A program made the position numbers and the translations under genes. Source: Hamiltosporidium tvaerminnensis FI-OER-3-3 (taxonomy: Eukaryota > Fungi > Microsporidia). From it: 64,000 nt of DNA. The notes below the pieces were generated by a model. That model saw nothing but the letters and a program-made list of their open reading frames with translations, had not been told where the DNA came from and did no database searches. Location: positions 434,001 to 498,000 of the forward strand of contig CM061247.1 of assembly GCA_022605425.2 (NCBI GenBank), in the 5' to 3' direction. Shown in pieces: positions 34,052 to 45,849 of the stretch; positions within the stretch are counted from its first letter, which is position 1; each line of letters starts with the position of its first letter.

Positions 34052-36420
34052 ATGAAAATTTTATTTCGTTCAATGCAAAAAAATATTCTGAATGCTATAT
34101 TTTTAAACACTTGGATTTTTGTTTTTTATATATTATTTATATCAATGAATATTGTTTAATATACTTTTAGATATGTTTTAAAACAAAATGAAAATAATGA
34201 AATTCTATTCTTTCGAGAAATCAAAAAAGCCAACTGGCTGATATAGAAACATGTGAGTAACCTAGATTATCTCTATTATCGGAGCTTAATCTCGAACCAA
34301 ATTGTAATCAAAGACATGTATTTACATATAAAAAAGGAAATTTTATTAATTTCGATCTTTTAAACCAAATTTTACAATCAAATACAAACGAAAATAGCCA
34401 ACAATGTGGAATTATAGAATCAACATTTTGAATTATCTTATTTTTTAAAGTTATTTAAAGGTATATTAGAAATATCAGATAATCTAAACAATTTTAAATT
34501 CAAATGTATGCTGACAGTTTTAAAATGTTTGAAAGCTGTAAAAAATAAAAATAATGTTAAACTTTTACAAGCTTTTATTTGCACAGATCTTGTCTTTAAA
34601 GATTTATCTAATTCAAAAAATAACTGTATGAATTTGGAAGAAATATTAAGTTCGGGGTTTCTGCAAGATATTGATTATTATATTAAGAAAGATTTTATAT
34701 CTGCTTTTTTGAATATTTTTATGATTCAATTTGAATTTCACAATGAGAATTTAATTTTGTTAGAAAATATTAAAGAATCTTTTGAAATCTCACTTTTCAA
34801 TGATCATATTCTATATAAAAACGTATTAATTAATAATTATAAAGTATTTTATAACTTGGAGAACATATTGAAAAACCCCCGTAATTTATCTATTTTAGGA
34901 ATTTTTTTAAAAGAAATAAATATAGAGTCTTTGATACTTAACTTTGAAAATAAAACCACTGATTCGGTAATTGATTATAATTTCTTAATCCTTTCAATCG
35001 AAACATTTGAATCGATAACAATTTTCAATCTATAAGATCATTCTTCAAATTTTTATTAGAATTAAATTCCTCTATCGATAAAAATATTGAATTTTTAAGT
35101 TTAAAAAATCTTTTAGTTCCAAAAGATACTTTAGCTTTATTATTGAAAAAAGAAGAACTTGATGGTTTGGTGTTGCATGATGTTAAGACTGTTGAAAATC
35201 TTAGGTTTATAGATGAATGTTTGAATTTAAACGGAAAAATAGATTATGTTGATTTTGAGAATGTTGATATTAGTGAGAATCGGTGGAAATTGTTTTTTGG
35301 ATAATTCAAAGTCAGTAAGCTTATACTTAAACTTGGTTATGGTAGCCGAAACTTCATAGATGAATTTATTAAACTGAAATCAAATATTTATATATCGTAC
35401 TTGTCTTTGAATTTGAATTATTACAGTATGACAGAAGAATTTTGCAGGTCGTTAATGTTGTTTGAAGAATTGGAAACACAAAAACTTTATGATTATAAGG
35501 TTAAGGAATATACAGAGAGTTTTTTTATATATACTATCGAAAGAATGAAATATTTGGAAGATCTAATAATTCCTAGATCATCATATGAAGTCACAGATGA
35601 TTTTAAGTTCTATTTGCAAAATTGGGAAATAAGAACATTTCATTTAGAGAATATTTAGTGACGAGACAAAGCTTCATCAAAATATTTTTTCGAAAATCAA
35701 AAATCGCTGACTGAAATCATTTTGATAAATTGTGAAATACAATATCTTGATATGGACAAAATTTTCGAGTTGGAAAAATTAGAAACACTCAAAATAAATA
35801 ATTGTTATGTTCATAATTTTCATTCCGACGATTTGATATGTTTCTCGTCGAGAGACCTTCAATATTTGGATTTAGAAGATAAGTCAGTTGATTTATCAGA
35901 TAATTCTTACTTTCTAAGTGAATTAAATTGTTTGGAATATTTACGCGTATCTCATTCGATTCTACCCCTAGGCCATCTAATAGACTTAAATAGAAAAAGC
36001 CACTTAACTTTAAAAGCTCTGATTTATGAACATATCCGACTAAATGTTTGGGATTTGATGAGTATAGAAAAACTCGAGGTTTTGGAGAAATTGTCGTTTC
36101 AATATTGCACGGTTTTAGATTGTGATTCTTACAACTTTAAAAATTATTACAAATTTTTTCACTCTTTAAAAATTTTAAATATTTCAGGGGCGAAGATAAG
36201 TCTGCAAGATGTGAAATATATAAAAAATTTTAAAAAACTAAAGAATATATCAATAGTATATAGCAATATGGTGCTTCGTTTAAATTCAAATTTGTTTCTA
36301 TCCTTACCTTTAAGCGAACTCTATATAACTGATCAAAATAACAAATTATTAGATAAGCAGAGAATTAAAGACTGTGTTTATGAGTATAGCTCGTTGCGTG
36401 TAAGAATGTGGGATAGATAA
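34052..36420 (+). pseudogene. Disrupted LRR-family gene (fragments 34508-35035, 35401-35658, 35722-36420)
   Basis: Collinear fragments with LRR units (LEKLETLKINNC, LNCLEYLRVSHS, LEVLEKLSFQYC, SLKILNISGAKI) separated by several stops and frameshifts. The gap 35060-35300 also reads as LRR-like protein. Confidence 0.75.
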
Positions 36421-37302
36421 AATATTTGTATTTCATTTCTTTTTATATGCTACATTTTTTTCTATAAAATAATAATTTTAAGGGTAAAAGTATAATTTAC
36501 ATTCCAAAATTTGTGAAAAAAATATTTTATATTTGAATTTCATTCTATAACATGTAAATTTTACATAATTTTTCCATACCTTTTACCCAAAAAAATCATA
36601 ATTCGATAAAATTTTAGCTAATAATTCATTTTTTATAAAAAAATAATGCGATAGCGTTCATTGAAACTGAATTACTTCGCTTTATTCGGATGAATCTGTT
36701 GAAATTAAAAAAGACATGGGAAATAATAATTTGGTCTGTTATAAATACGCATCATGTTGCTATATAATCAATTAAAATATAACCCAGTTACTTGACGAGG
36801 CTATATACATCGAATTATCTAACATGAATGAGGTATGTTAATAAATTATAAGTCCTATTATTGGTTTTTATACATATAAATATACTTAAGTTTTAAATAA
36901 AAATGTCCTTTCACAATAATGTTTTATTTACTTTGAAAGAAAAAAGCGGTAGGGAACCCAAATCTAAAGTGATCATCATTTAGATCTCAATTTTAAATTA
37001 AGCATTGAAATAATATTTCATGTAATGCCTTGAGATGGTATTTTTGTTATAGTGTGAGCTGCAACCTTGAGAAATCAACTAGTCATCAACATGTTAAAAA
37101 AATACTATTAGGATTACACAACTAAAAATTATGAAATATTTCACTGGCTCTAACAATTCGATTTGAATAAAACGAAATTCCGTTAAAAATTGCAAATATT
37201 AACATTTGATATTATAAAAGGTGTTTAAAGCCTAATCCTTTATCAAATCTTTAAAAATAGTTAGTTTAAAAAAATGTATAGAAATCAAAATACTCTACAA
37301 AA

Positions 37303-38095
37303 TTACTAACTAACTCACGGCGCTACAGCCCTTGGAGAGCTCGGGCCTCTTTAACGATTCTCCTCTATTCTTCTTCATTGTGCATTAAGTTTCTCCGTTG
37401 CAATATATTGAATTTCCTTAAATCGTTTTCCACCTCGTCTAGCCATCTTTTTCTCGGTCTACCTCGTTTTCTTTTACCTTCAGGTGCAGATCTAAGAATT
37501 TTTCTAACAGCTCTTTCGGTCGACATTCATTCTACGTGTCCAAGCCATCTAAGTCTTCTCTGTCTCTTAATGGTAACCAAAGTTTGTTTTTTTCATAAAG
37601 CTCGTATATTTCTAGATTTTTTCTAATCCTCCACTTGTTATTTTCAAATATAGGGCCGTATATTCTTTTCAGTATCTCTCTTTCCCATATGTCTAGCAGG
37701 GTCTGGTCTCTTTTTGTTATTACCAGTGTTTGGGAGGCTTGCAGTACAAAAGGTCTAATATTCGTTCTATATATTTGCCTTTTAGTATTTCGATTTAACA
37801 GGTTTGACTTCGGTAAGCGGTGCAAAGCAAAGTAGGTCTTGTTGCCTGCTTTTATTCTTTTTTTAATCACAAGAACATTTATGTTATTCTCGTCCAGAAG
37901 AGATCCTAGGTATTTGAAGCTTAATACTCTTTCAAATATATATGAATCAATTTTTAACGAGTTCCTCGGGTATTCATCGAACGGGGAGCTGATCATATAT
38001 TTTGTTTTACTTTCATTTATTTTCAGTCCAGCTTATCCTGAAATCGCTGCTAATATTCTTAAAGTTGATTCTATATGTTCTTGTTTTCTTCTCTA
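37303..38095 (-). mobile_element. 3' fragment of an RTE-clade non-LTR retrotransposon (RT thumb / C-terminus)
   Basis: FERV.SFKYLGS, IKKRIKAGNKTYFAL, TK.QIYRT.IRP..L and WER.ILKRIYGP..E...WRIRKN.E.YELY, followed by a frameshifted RL.W.GHV.RM and RPRKRW. The 3' end ggctgtagcgccgtg has an (AGTT)n tail. Confidence 0.88.
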
Positions 38096-38774
38096 AAAAA
38101 TTAACTGATAAAAAAAATTAAAAGCTCAAAATTAAAATATAAATGATTGGCCCAAACTGAAATGGAATAATAAATAATTAGGGAAATTTTTTAGTCTCAA
38201 AAACTTAAATCGTGAAACAAATACTCTACTTATAATATATTTTTTTCATCTAATTAAATTAAATTTAATAGATGTAAATGTATAGGCACATACGCCAAAA
38301 TATGTTATAATTTTTTTTCGACTTTCACATACTTTTTAAAATTTCAAAATCATCAAACACTAAACCAAACTTGAATCTTCTACTTCACTGAGGTTAAATT
38401 ACTATAATTAAATATTTTATTTGGACTTTGAATTATTTAAATGACATTTTAAATTCTGTATTTCTTATTTTTAAAATTAAATTTTAACTTTTTAATAATT
38501 TGAAAAAATATTCACTATCATTAATGGAGGAAGTCTCTACACTGAAAACTATATCTTGATATTGATTAGATAAAGGTTTTGGAAAGATAATTGTCTGGAT
38601 TTTTAAGGAAAAAAATCCAATATATTTTCGGTTCTTCCATAGGAATTCGTATATGAAGAAAAGAGGCTGAAAAACTGTGCAATTTTCTCAATGGGTTAAT
38701 TTTTGAGTCTTTATCTGACTTGATAGAAAACCAAGGTTTAGTTTTCAACTAAAAATTTCGAAAAACATGTGGAA

Positions 38775-38890
38775 TTGGATTATCCCATGCTGGTTAGAAG
38801 AAAGTAGATCGGAAAGATATAAAGAAGGTTTAAAAAACCAGTAAAACTAAGTAGCAGATTATAACTGTTGGTATGACACTGTAAAGTTAA
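38775..38890 (+). repeat. Internal fragment of the ~750-bp dispersed element
   Basis: aagtagcagattataactgttggtatgacactg matches aagtagcaggttatacctgttggtatgacattg at about 30387. Confidence 0.7.
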
Positions 38891-39434
38891 TAATTTCATT
38901 TAATTTGCCGAAAATATCTCAGAAGAAATTTTGATTCAATCGCAAAAACTATAATAAGAAAGAATAGTTCCAATTATATTGTATCACATGTCGAGTTTCG
39001 ATTTAAGAGCACATATTCTGAGATGAACAACAAAAACACTGAGCAACTTCTCGCTCATAAAATGAGTTTCAACCATTTTTGAGATGTAAGTATCTAAAGA
39101 ATACCAAAAGATTTTTTGCACGTTAATTATCAATGTACAAACAAGAACTACATTGGTGCCATAAAAACAATATAACTTAACATCTTTCACATTTTTTAAG
39201 AATATGGTATTTATAAAATGAATTTATTATCATTTAATATTTTTTTTGAATTTAACACAAAAATATATTCATTATTTATAATTTTAAGTCAAAACTCAGT
39301 GAATTTATTTCTATTTAAATAAATTATGAGTTTAAAATATTTTCAGCTTTTTCATACATTTTTTTGAACTAGTTCATAACTTTAAAAATTTTATTTTCTA
39401 ACAAATTTATTTTTTTAAACTTTTAATTTTATTT

Positions 39435-40868
39435 AATAAATATTTATTTAATAAAATTCTGGGTTAACAAATTTTTCTCTTTTCTAAATAATTCTTTCCA
39501 CCATTTCAACCACTTCTATTTCTTCCTCCAACTCCAACTCTTCATTTGTATTAGTTGATGGTTCCTTTGCTGTGGTTATACCATCCAAAATAAGGGGTAA
39601 AATATTTTTTGTATTTTCCGTTTTAACATCATCTTCCTCGTTGTCTTCTTGCTTTAAAGGGGGTATTGGTTGTTTATGCATCTCAGCTCCTAAAATAACA
39701 CTTAATGATGCTCTCTCCCAGCTCTCCTCGGCATTTGGTCCAGATTCAAGTCCTCTTCGTCGATCAAAAGAAATTGTTTCGACTGTCTTCTTGAGTACAT
39801 GGGATTGTATATATGCCTCTACGTTCATGGGTATTTGCAGTCTCTTAACATACGTCTTATGGTATTTTGTCACAATACCGTCCCAGGTCATCACATAAGG
39901 AATTATCTCTACACTGCATTTATAAATAAGACCTAACTCATTTGCTAATAGGTCATACTTCCTAAGCTTCTCTGTTTCAACTATTTGAAGAGAGTCTTGG
40001 GATGTGATTCCTACTTCAATGAGGGTTATCCTATTCTGTATCTTGTCTAAAATAAATATATCTGGTCTGTTACACCGAATCTTGACATCAGTTTTTATTC
40101 TGGTGTCCACTCTTATCTCTGCATATTCGTTATCGAGAATTTCTTGAACTGAGTGGCTTCTAATTCGTTTAGAAGACTTAAACTTATATTTATTTAGCAA
40201 GAGTAAATGTATACATCGCACCACTTCATTGTGTCGTCTAGTATAGTCATGACCAAGCATTTTTTCACATCTCGTTGCTAAGTGATCAACAGTTTTCCTA
40301 GACTGGTTGCAGTGTTGACACATACCTTCTGCACCCCAGAATACATTTCTATCCTGGATATAACAGAACACTGCTTCATCGCGTGGTCTTACACTTCCTT
40401 TCTTTAACCATCTTGAGGAGTCATTTACACTTACCAGCTCGTTATTTCTAGAACTATATAACTTTGAATGTAGTTTTCTGTTTTTGATTTCGTTATATAG
40501 GTTAGCATGTTGAGCTTCTTCCAATTTCTTTTTTGTGACATCCTCTTCCAACCCGTATTTTATTTTTAAAAAGTTTTTAATTAGTGAAAGGTGGGTAATA
40601 TTATTATTCTCAACCTTTAGGATTGCTGCTCTTCTGGTCGATGTATCTTTATGTTTTTCCAGACAATCCAAGAGTTGCAAAAGCATATGTTCGCTTTTGA
40701 ACTCGACACTATGTAAACCTCTTCCAAGTTCTTTACGTGGAAGGTATAGACGTTCTTTGCATCCTGGGCGTAGATGTATTTTGTTCTTTACTAACACTGC
40801 ACGCACCGCATCATCTAACTTAGAGAAGTCAGCCGGTTCTAGTCGGAGTACACCTATATGATAGTTTA
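39435..40868 (-). mobile_element. 5'-truncated RLE-type non-LTR retrotransposon (R4/Dong-like); ORF 39484-40887
   Basis: ERLYLPR..LGRGL, CCHC knuckle CQHC..TVDHLATRC, RRHN, RPDIFILD, IEVGIT and EKLRKY. The ORF is uninterrupted but the RT core is missing. Confidence 0.92.
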
Positions 40869-41297
40869 GTAAATTTAATAAATACATAATTATTCTTATG
40901 AATTAATTTATTAAAGTTTTAATTTATTTACCAAAAATAAATTAAAAATAATATTTTTTCTCAAGAAAGTTTCTTATTTTTTCAATTTTCAATTTTTAAT
41001 TTATTAAGTTTTTAATTAAATTTTAAATTAAATAAAGGATTTTCTCAAGAATGATTTAAAGGGTTTTTTAAAAGAGAGAAAAAAATTTTGTCCTGAATTT
41101 TAATTAAAAAAATAAATATTACGGTCCTTTTTAAGAATGATTGAAAGAATTATTTAAAAGAGAGAAAATTTTTAACCTAAAATTTTAATTAATCTAAATA
41201 GTCCTTCTTAGGAAAATCCTTTATTTAATTAAATCTTTTAATTAAAAACTTAATTAATTAAAAATTAATTATAAATAAACAAAAAAAACCAAACCCC

Positions 41298-42611
41298 ATG
41301 ATATTTTTTATTTTGTTCTTTACCTTTCTACAAACAGAAACACCAAACATTTACTCCTACAAACAAATAAACCTAGATAATACAAAAGACGAACCATTAA
41401 AAGCAAACTTTTTTGACTGTAAAAATACTAAACACGAGAAATGTGATGAAAATAATATTTTAATTGAACATCTCGGACGAACTTTTACTTTGAAACCAGA
41501 AAATGAAAAAGTATTACCCAGTATTATTTCTCTACTCAATAAATATAAGGCACCTCCGCAAAACATCAAAGAAATTGTTGAGAATTTAACTTCTTTAGAA
41601 AGTAAAGAAGATCCTGAGATAGTATCTATTCGATCTGGAGCCAGAAGTTTCGCAATATATTTTGTTGACAGTAACGAGGTAGATAAGATTACACCTTCAA
41701 CCCTTCCAAACATTTCTATATTTCTTTCTTCAGATAAAAAACTTGCAGAAACACTTGACACACCTTTTCCTGGTATTTATGGATTCAATGCCTCTGAAAG
41801 AACACATTACCGTATGAAACCTACAGAAAGTTATCTTTCTAATATTTATACAATATTAATTCCTATATTAGAAGAAGTCACCTCAGAAACAATCAAACAC
41901 TACGAATTGTGTCAGCTACCCGTATTTTACATATTTGTTTCTCAAAAAGATTCTGAATCTTTAATGAAAGATTTAAAACCAATTTTTTTAAAATACAAAG
42001 AAAAAGCAAAAGGAGCGGTCGTATTTTATAAGCAAGAAAAAACGAATTTGAAACATTTTGGTATTTCTGAAGAACAATTACCAGCAATGATAAATTTAAC
42101 AAACAAAAAGAAATACAAACAAGTAGGTCTCACAAAAGAAAATACAGAAAATTTTCTAGAAAATTATTTTTCAGAATCTCTCACCCCTTATGAAGCATCA
42201 GGAGAAGTACCTGAAGATAACAGTAAAAGAAATTTAAAAGTTATTGTACGAAACGATTATAAAAAATACTATGAAGATATTAAAAAAGATATTATTATTG
42301 TTTTTCATTCTCCATATTGTAGATACTGTGTTGAACTCAAACCTTTACTTGAAAAACTTGCTGATCTTTATAACAAATATGCTTCAAAAAAGATTGTCAT
42401 CGGTACAATTGATATGGTAGATAATGATATGCCAGAATTTACAATACACGGATTCCCTACTATATATCTTTTAAAAGGTAAAACACGAGAAGCTATTTTA
42501 TTTGATCAACAAAGAAGTTTTAACAATTTTATTGAGTTTATTCATCAAAATGGTTACAATAAAATTAATTTGAATAAATACCTTGATAAGAAAGAAAAAG
42601 AAGATTTGTAA
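41298..42611 (+). CDS. Protein disulfide isomerase family protein, ER-resident
   Basis: N-terminal signal peptide, one C-terminal thioredoxin domain (FHSPYCRYCVELKP, GFPTIYL) and C-terminal KEDL. CCCC precedes the ATG. Confidence 0.9.
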   Translation: MIFFILFFTFLQTETPNIYSYKQINLDNTKDEPLKANFFDCKNTKHEKCDENNILIEHLGRTFTLKPENEKVLPSIISLLNKYKAPPQNIKEIVENLTSLESKEDPEIVSIRSGARSFAIYFVDSNEVDKITPSTLPNISIFLSSDKKLAETLDTPFPGIYGFNASERTHYRMKPTESYLSNIYTILIPILEEVTSETIKHYELCQLPVFYIFVSQKDSESLMKDLKPIFLKYKEKAKGAVVFYKQEKTNLKHFGISEEQLPAMINLTNKKKYKQVGLTKENTENFLENYFSESLTPYEASGEVPEDNSKRNLKVIVRNDYKKYYEDIKKDIIIVFHSPYCRYCVELKPLLEKLADLYNKYASKKIVIGTIDMVDNDMPEFTIHGFPTIYLLKGKTREAILFDQQRSFNNFIEFIHQNGYNKINLNKYLDKKEKEDL

Positions 42612-42624
42612 GTTTAATTAAATT

Positions 42625-42840
42625 GTAAATAGGAATTATAAATTTGTTTTTAGTTTTCATATTTTTATGTAAAAATTATTTAATTTATTTTCATATTTTT
42701 ATGTAAGAATTATAAATTTATTTTTAGTTTCCTTATTTTTATGTAAGAATTATAAATTTATTTTTAGTTTCCTTATTTTTATGTAAGAATTATAAATTTA
42801 TTTTTACTTTTCTTATTTTTATGTAAGAATTATAAATTAA
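42625..42840. repeat. 40-bp tandem repeat downstream of PDI
   Basis: atgtaagaattataaatt starts at 42701, 42741, 42781 and 42821, with degenerate earlier copies. Confidence 0.92.
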
Positions 42841-43220
42841 ATATCTAACTTTTCTTTCTTTGATAATTAAGATGCTATAGTTTATAATAAATTATGTTAT
42901 TTGTTATTAAGAATATTTAAATTCATAAAATTTTGTTTTAAAAATAACTTTCTTTACTTTTTATTAAATTTAAATAAACTTTTTTTTTAAAATGATTTAT
43001 TTATTTTTATATTCATATATTTTACTTTCAGATGAATAATAATATATTATTTGTTACAAAATAAGACATTTATATTATAATTATTATTTTCTTTTGTGTT
43101 TATTTAAATATTTTTTTTTCTTTTATTTTAAACTCTAAAAAAATATTCAGATTAAATGGCGTAAAACTAATATTTAAGAAGTTTCTTTAAAATAAATTTA
43201 TTATTATTTGGGTATACTTA

Positions 43221-43420
43221 GTTCTTTGAACGTTTAAGTTTTATTATAATTTCCTAGAAAGTAACAAATAAATTTTCAATGCTCTGTTCTTTGAACGTTT
43301 AAGTTTTATTATAATTTCCTAGAAAGTAACAACCAAATTTTCAATGCTCTGTTCTTTGAAGGTTTGTATTTTATTATAATTTCCTAGAAAGTAACAAAGT
43401 AATTTTAAATGCTCTGTTTT
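43221..43420. repeat. 65-bp tandem repeat, 3 copies
   Basis: gttctttgaa...ttttattataatttcctagaaagtaacaa...atgctct starts at 43221, 43286 and 43351. Confidence 0.93.
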
Positions 43421-43568
43421 TATAATTAATTTATATTTTCAAAATCTAATGAATATATATTAAATATTTAGCGACTTTATGAAAGTTAAGAAGTGCTTTT
43501 TACAAAAAAATATATAATTTATTTATTGAAATGTATTTAAATATGAAATACAAAGTTAAAAGTGTGTT

Positions 43569-43952
43569 TTAGAGAATTGTAATAAACCCTTCGTCATCAA
43601 CAATTTCTTTGTTTTCTTTTTTCTCATTACCTTCATATTCTTCCATAAAACGATTCATTTCATTTTCAAGAACAGTAGAATTGGTGGGTACAAAATTTTC
43701 AACAACATAGATTGTTGGATCATTTAAAAATACAAGCGGTGAAGATATATCAAGAAACTCAAATGAATAGGAAAAACATTTGTTTATACATCTTTTATCT
43801 ATTAGCTTTGTGTTGGAAATATATAAATCTAAATCAAATGGTATTACAATAATAACGATATTTGATTTTCTTAATATTTTTGATGGAATTGTAAAAGAAT
43901 TGTTTCTATTTTCTATTTTGTACGGAAATATTATTTTTATTTGTGACTCCAT
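43569..43952 (-). CDS. Small protein, possibly a reduced Rrp7-like factor
   Basis: L.NEMNRFMEEYE..E......VDDEGFITI resembles the Rrp7 vDEDGF.tV segment. CCCC lies upstream of the ATG. Confidence 0.5.
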   Translation of the reverse strand: MESQIKIIFPYKIENRNNSFTIPSKILRKSNIVIIVIPFDLDLYISNTKLIDKRCINKCFSYSFEFLDISSPLVFLNDPTIYVVENFVPTNSTVLENEMNRFMEEYEGNEKKENKEIVDDEGFITIL

Positions 43953-44229
43953 TTACCGATGGGGCTTTTAAATTTTTATTTAAATATTTTTTAATTGGTA
44001 TTCAATTTGTATTGTGTTAGATGTTACATCAAAGCATTTTTTTTATTGAATTAATTAAAATTCATATTCTTATGCTTCGAATTTACTATTGAATGTAAAA
44101 TTAATCAGTTTATTTTTTGATTTTTTTCTTTATTCAATGAACTCTTACACATTGAATTGTATATTGAATAGAATGTGGTTTGTATTTGTAAGATGAAAAT
44201 ACCCATACTATATATTAAAAATAGAATCT

Positions 44230-44405
44230 TCAATGTAATCTAATACTTCTCATTGAACAGGAAACTTAATTCTTCTTTTTATAAAGTCAGATTAGGCTTC
44301 TTTAATAATTTCTGAGATACTTAGTATAAATACCATTCCCAGTTAATAGATAGAAATCATTTGAAATTTACACTTATAAATAAGACCTAACTCATTTGCT
44401 AGCAA
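44230..44405 (-). mobile_element. Short relic of the same RLE non-LTR family
   Basis: ttataaataagacctaactcatttgcta is shared with 39920-39948. Confidence 0.7.
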
Positions 44406-44517
44406 TCAGATTGTTAGAGAATGTATTCATCAATTCAAGTATTTTCGATGAATTCAAAGCTTTGGTATAATATTATAAAATAAAATATCTACATTTAATA
44501 AAAATTTTATGGTGATT

Positions 44518-45342
44518 TCAATAACATATATCACAAATAATTGTCATTAAAATATTTAAAAAAACAATAAAAATAGAATTAAAATATCTTTCATAGGACT
44601 TTTCAATATTTCCAAAAGTAAGTATAAGTATAAAAATTACACACGTTTTAAAATATTTAAAATTTTCTGAATCGATTCCAAAATAAAAAATAAAAAGTCT
44701 TAAAATAATTGGTATCCATTTGCCATGATATCTAATAGTATTGTTTTGTATGATAGAAAGATACAAATTAATTAATAAGTATAAAAATATATAATATTGA
44801 ACAAATATCTTTACAATAATTCCTTCGTAAAAAATATCTACGCATTTCTTATTTATAAATAAATTTCCTTTTATAATATAAAATATCATTGTGATAAGGT
44901 TTATAGATATTGGAAGTGAAATATTTAAAGATAATTTCTTAATGTCTGGTAAATTTATATTAAATAGACTATAAAATGATAGTAAAAAAATTAAACTTCT
45001 GATTAAATATTTTGGTTTTTTTTCAAGGTATTTTTCTTTTTCTAATAATTTATAAAAAAGTAGAGTTTCGGTGAATAAAAGAATGAAATAAATGTATTTA
45101 GTTGATTTAAAAATTATATTCGATATAGAATTTGGGATTACAAATGTTAGAGGAAATGAAACAATCAAAGAAAATATTGAATGTAGAAATCTGGGTTTTT
45201 TCACTATCGATTCAATTAAAAAATGTGTTAGAAGTAAATTTGTTAAGTATTTTTCTAAAATATAATTTTTAAATAAAGTTCTAGGTATCATAAATACAAT
45301 TAATAGAATAGTAAATATAATTTTTGTGATTCTTTTAATCAT
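44518..45342 (-). CDS. Multi-pass membrane protein of unknown function (weak resemblance to Ice2)
   Basis: 274 aa with about 8 hydrophobic segments. CCC-TT-ATG start context. Confidence 0.7.
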   Translation of the reverse strand: MIKRITKIIFTILLIVFMIPRTLFKNYILEKYLTNLLLTHFLIESIVKKPRFLHSIFSLIVSFPLTFVIPNSISNIIFKSTKYIYFILLFTETLLFYKLLEKEKYLEKKPKYLIRSLIFLLSFYSLFNINLPDIKKLSLNISLPISINLITMIFYIIKGNLFINKKCVDIFYEGIIVKIFVQYYIFLYLLINLYLSIIQNNTIRYHGKWIPIILRLFIFYFGIDSENFKYFKTCVIFILILTFGNIEKSYERYFNSIFIVFLNILMTIICDICY

Positions 45343-45849
45343 AAGGGTGATTTTAAAAAGATTTATATTTTTTTTGTAAAATTTTGAAATAAGGTATAAA
45401 AAAATTGGCAGGAAAAATATATAATTTTTATGTCGCGCTATATAGTTTCTCCAAATATTCTATTAGTTATTCTACTTTATTTTGTTTTTTTTTGACTTTC
45501 CATTGATAGTTGATAATTTTTTTTCTTTTTGTGCCAGCGCTTAGAATTTTATTATTTTATTTTCACTTTTGGTCCCATAGTTTAGGTAAGATTTGGCTTA
45601 TAATTCTTCCTTTTTGACGCATATATGTGATTGTGGTGATTTTTGTTTTTGTATTTCTGGTTTTTGAATTATATCTCTGAATTTTATTTCAACTATGATC
45701 AGAATATTATCTTGAATCGATTACTTGTTTGGATTGAAAAAAATAATTTCGACTTTCTTTTGGAACTTTATTACTTACTATGGCTTTCATTATTGCTTGT
45801 CAGTGAAGTTCTTGAGATAATCTGTAGTTTTTGGTGGCAATACCATACC

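Noticed and set aside
34508-36420. Stop-codon reassignment explaining the in-frame stops of the LRR fragments
   Set aside because: Frameshifts are also present, and conserved genes in the window end normally at TAA or TGA with no internal stops.
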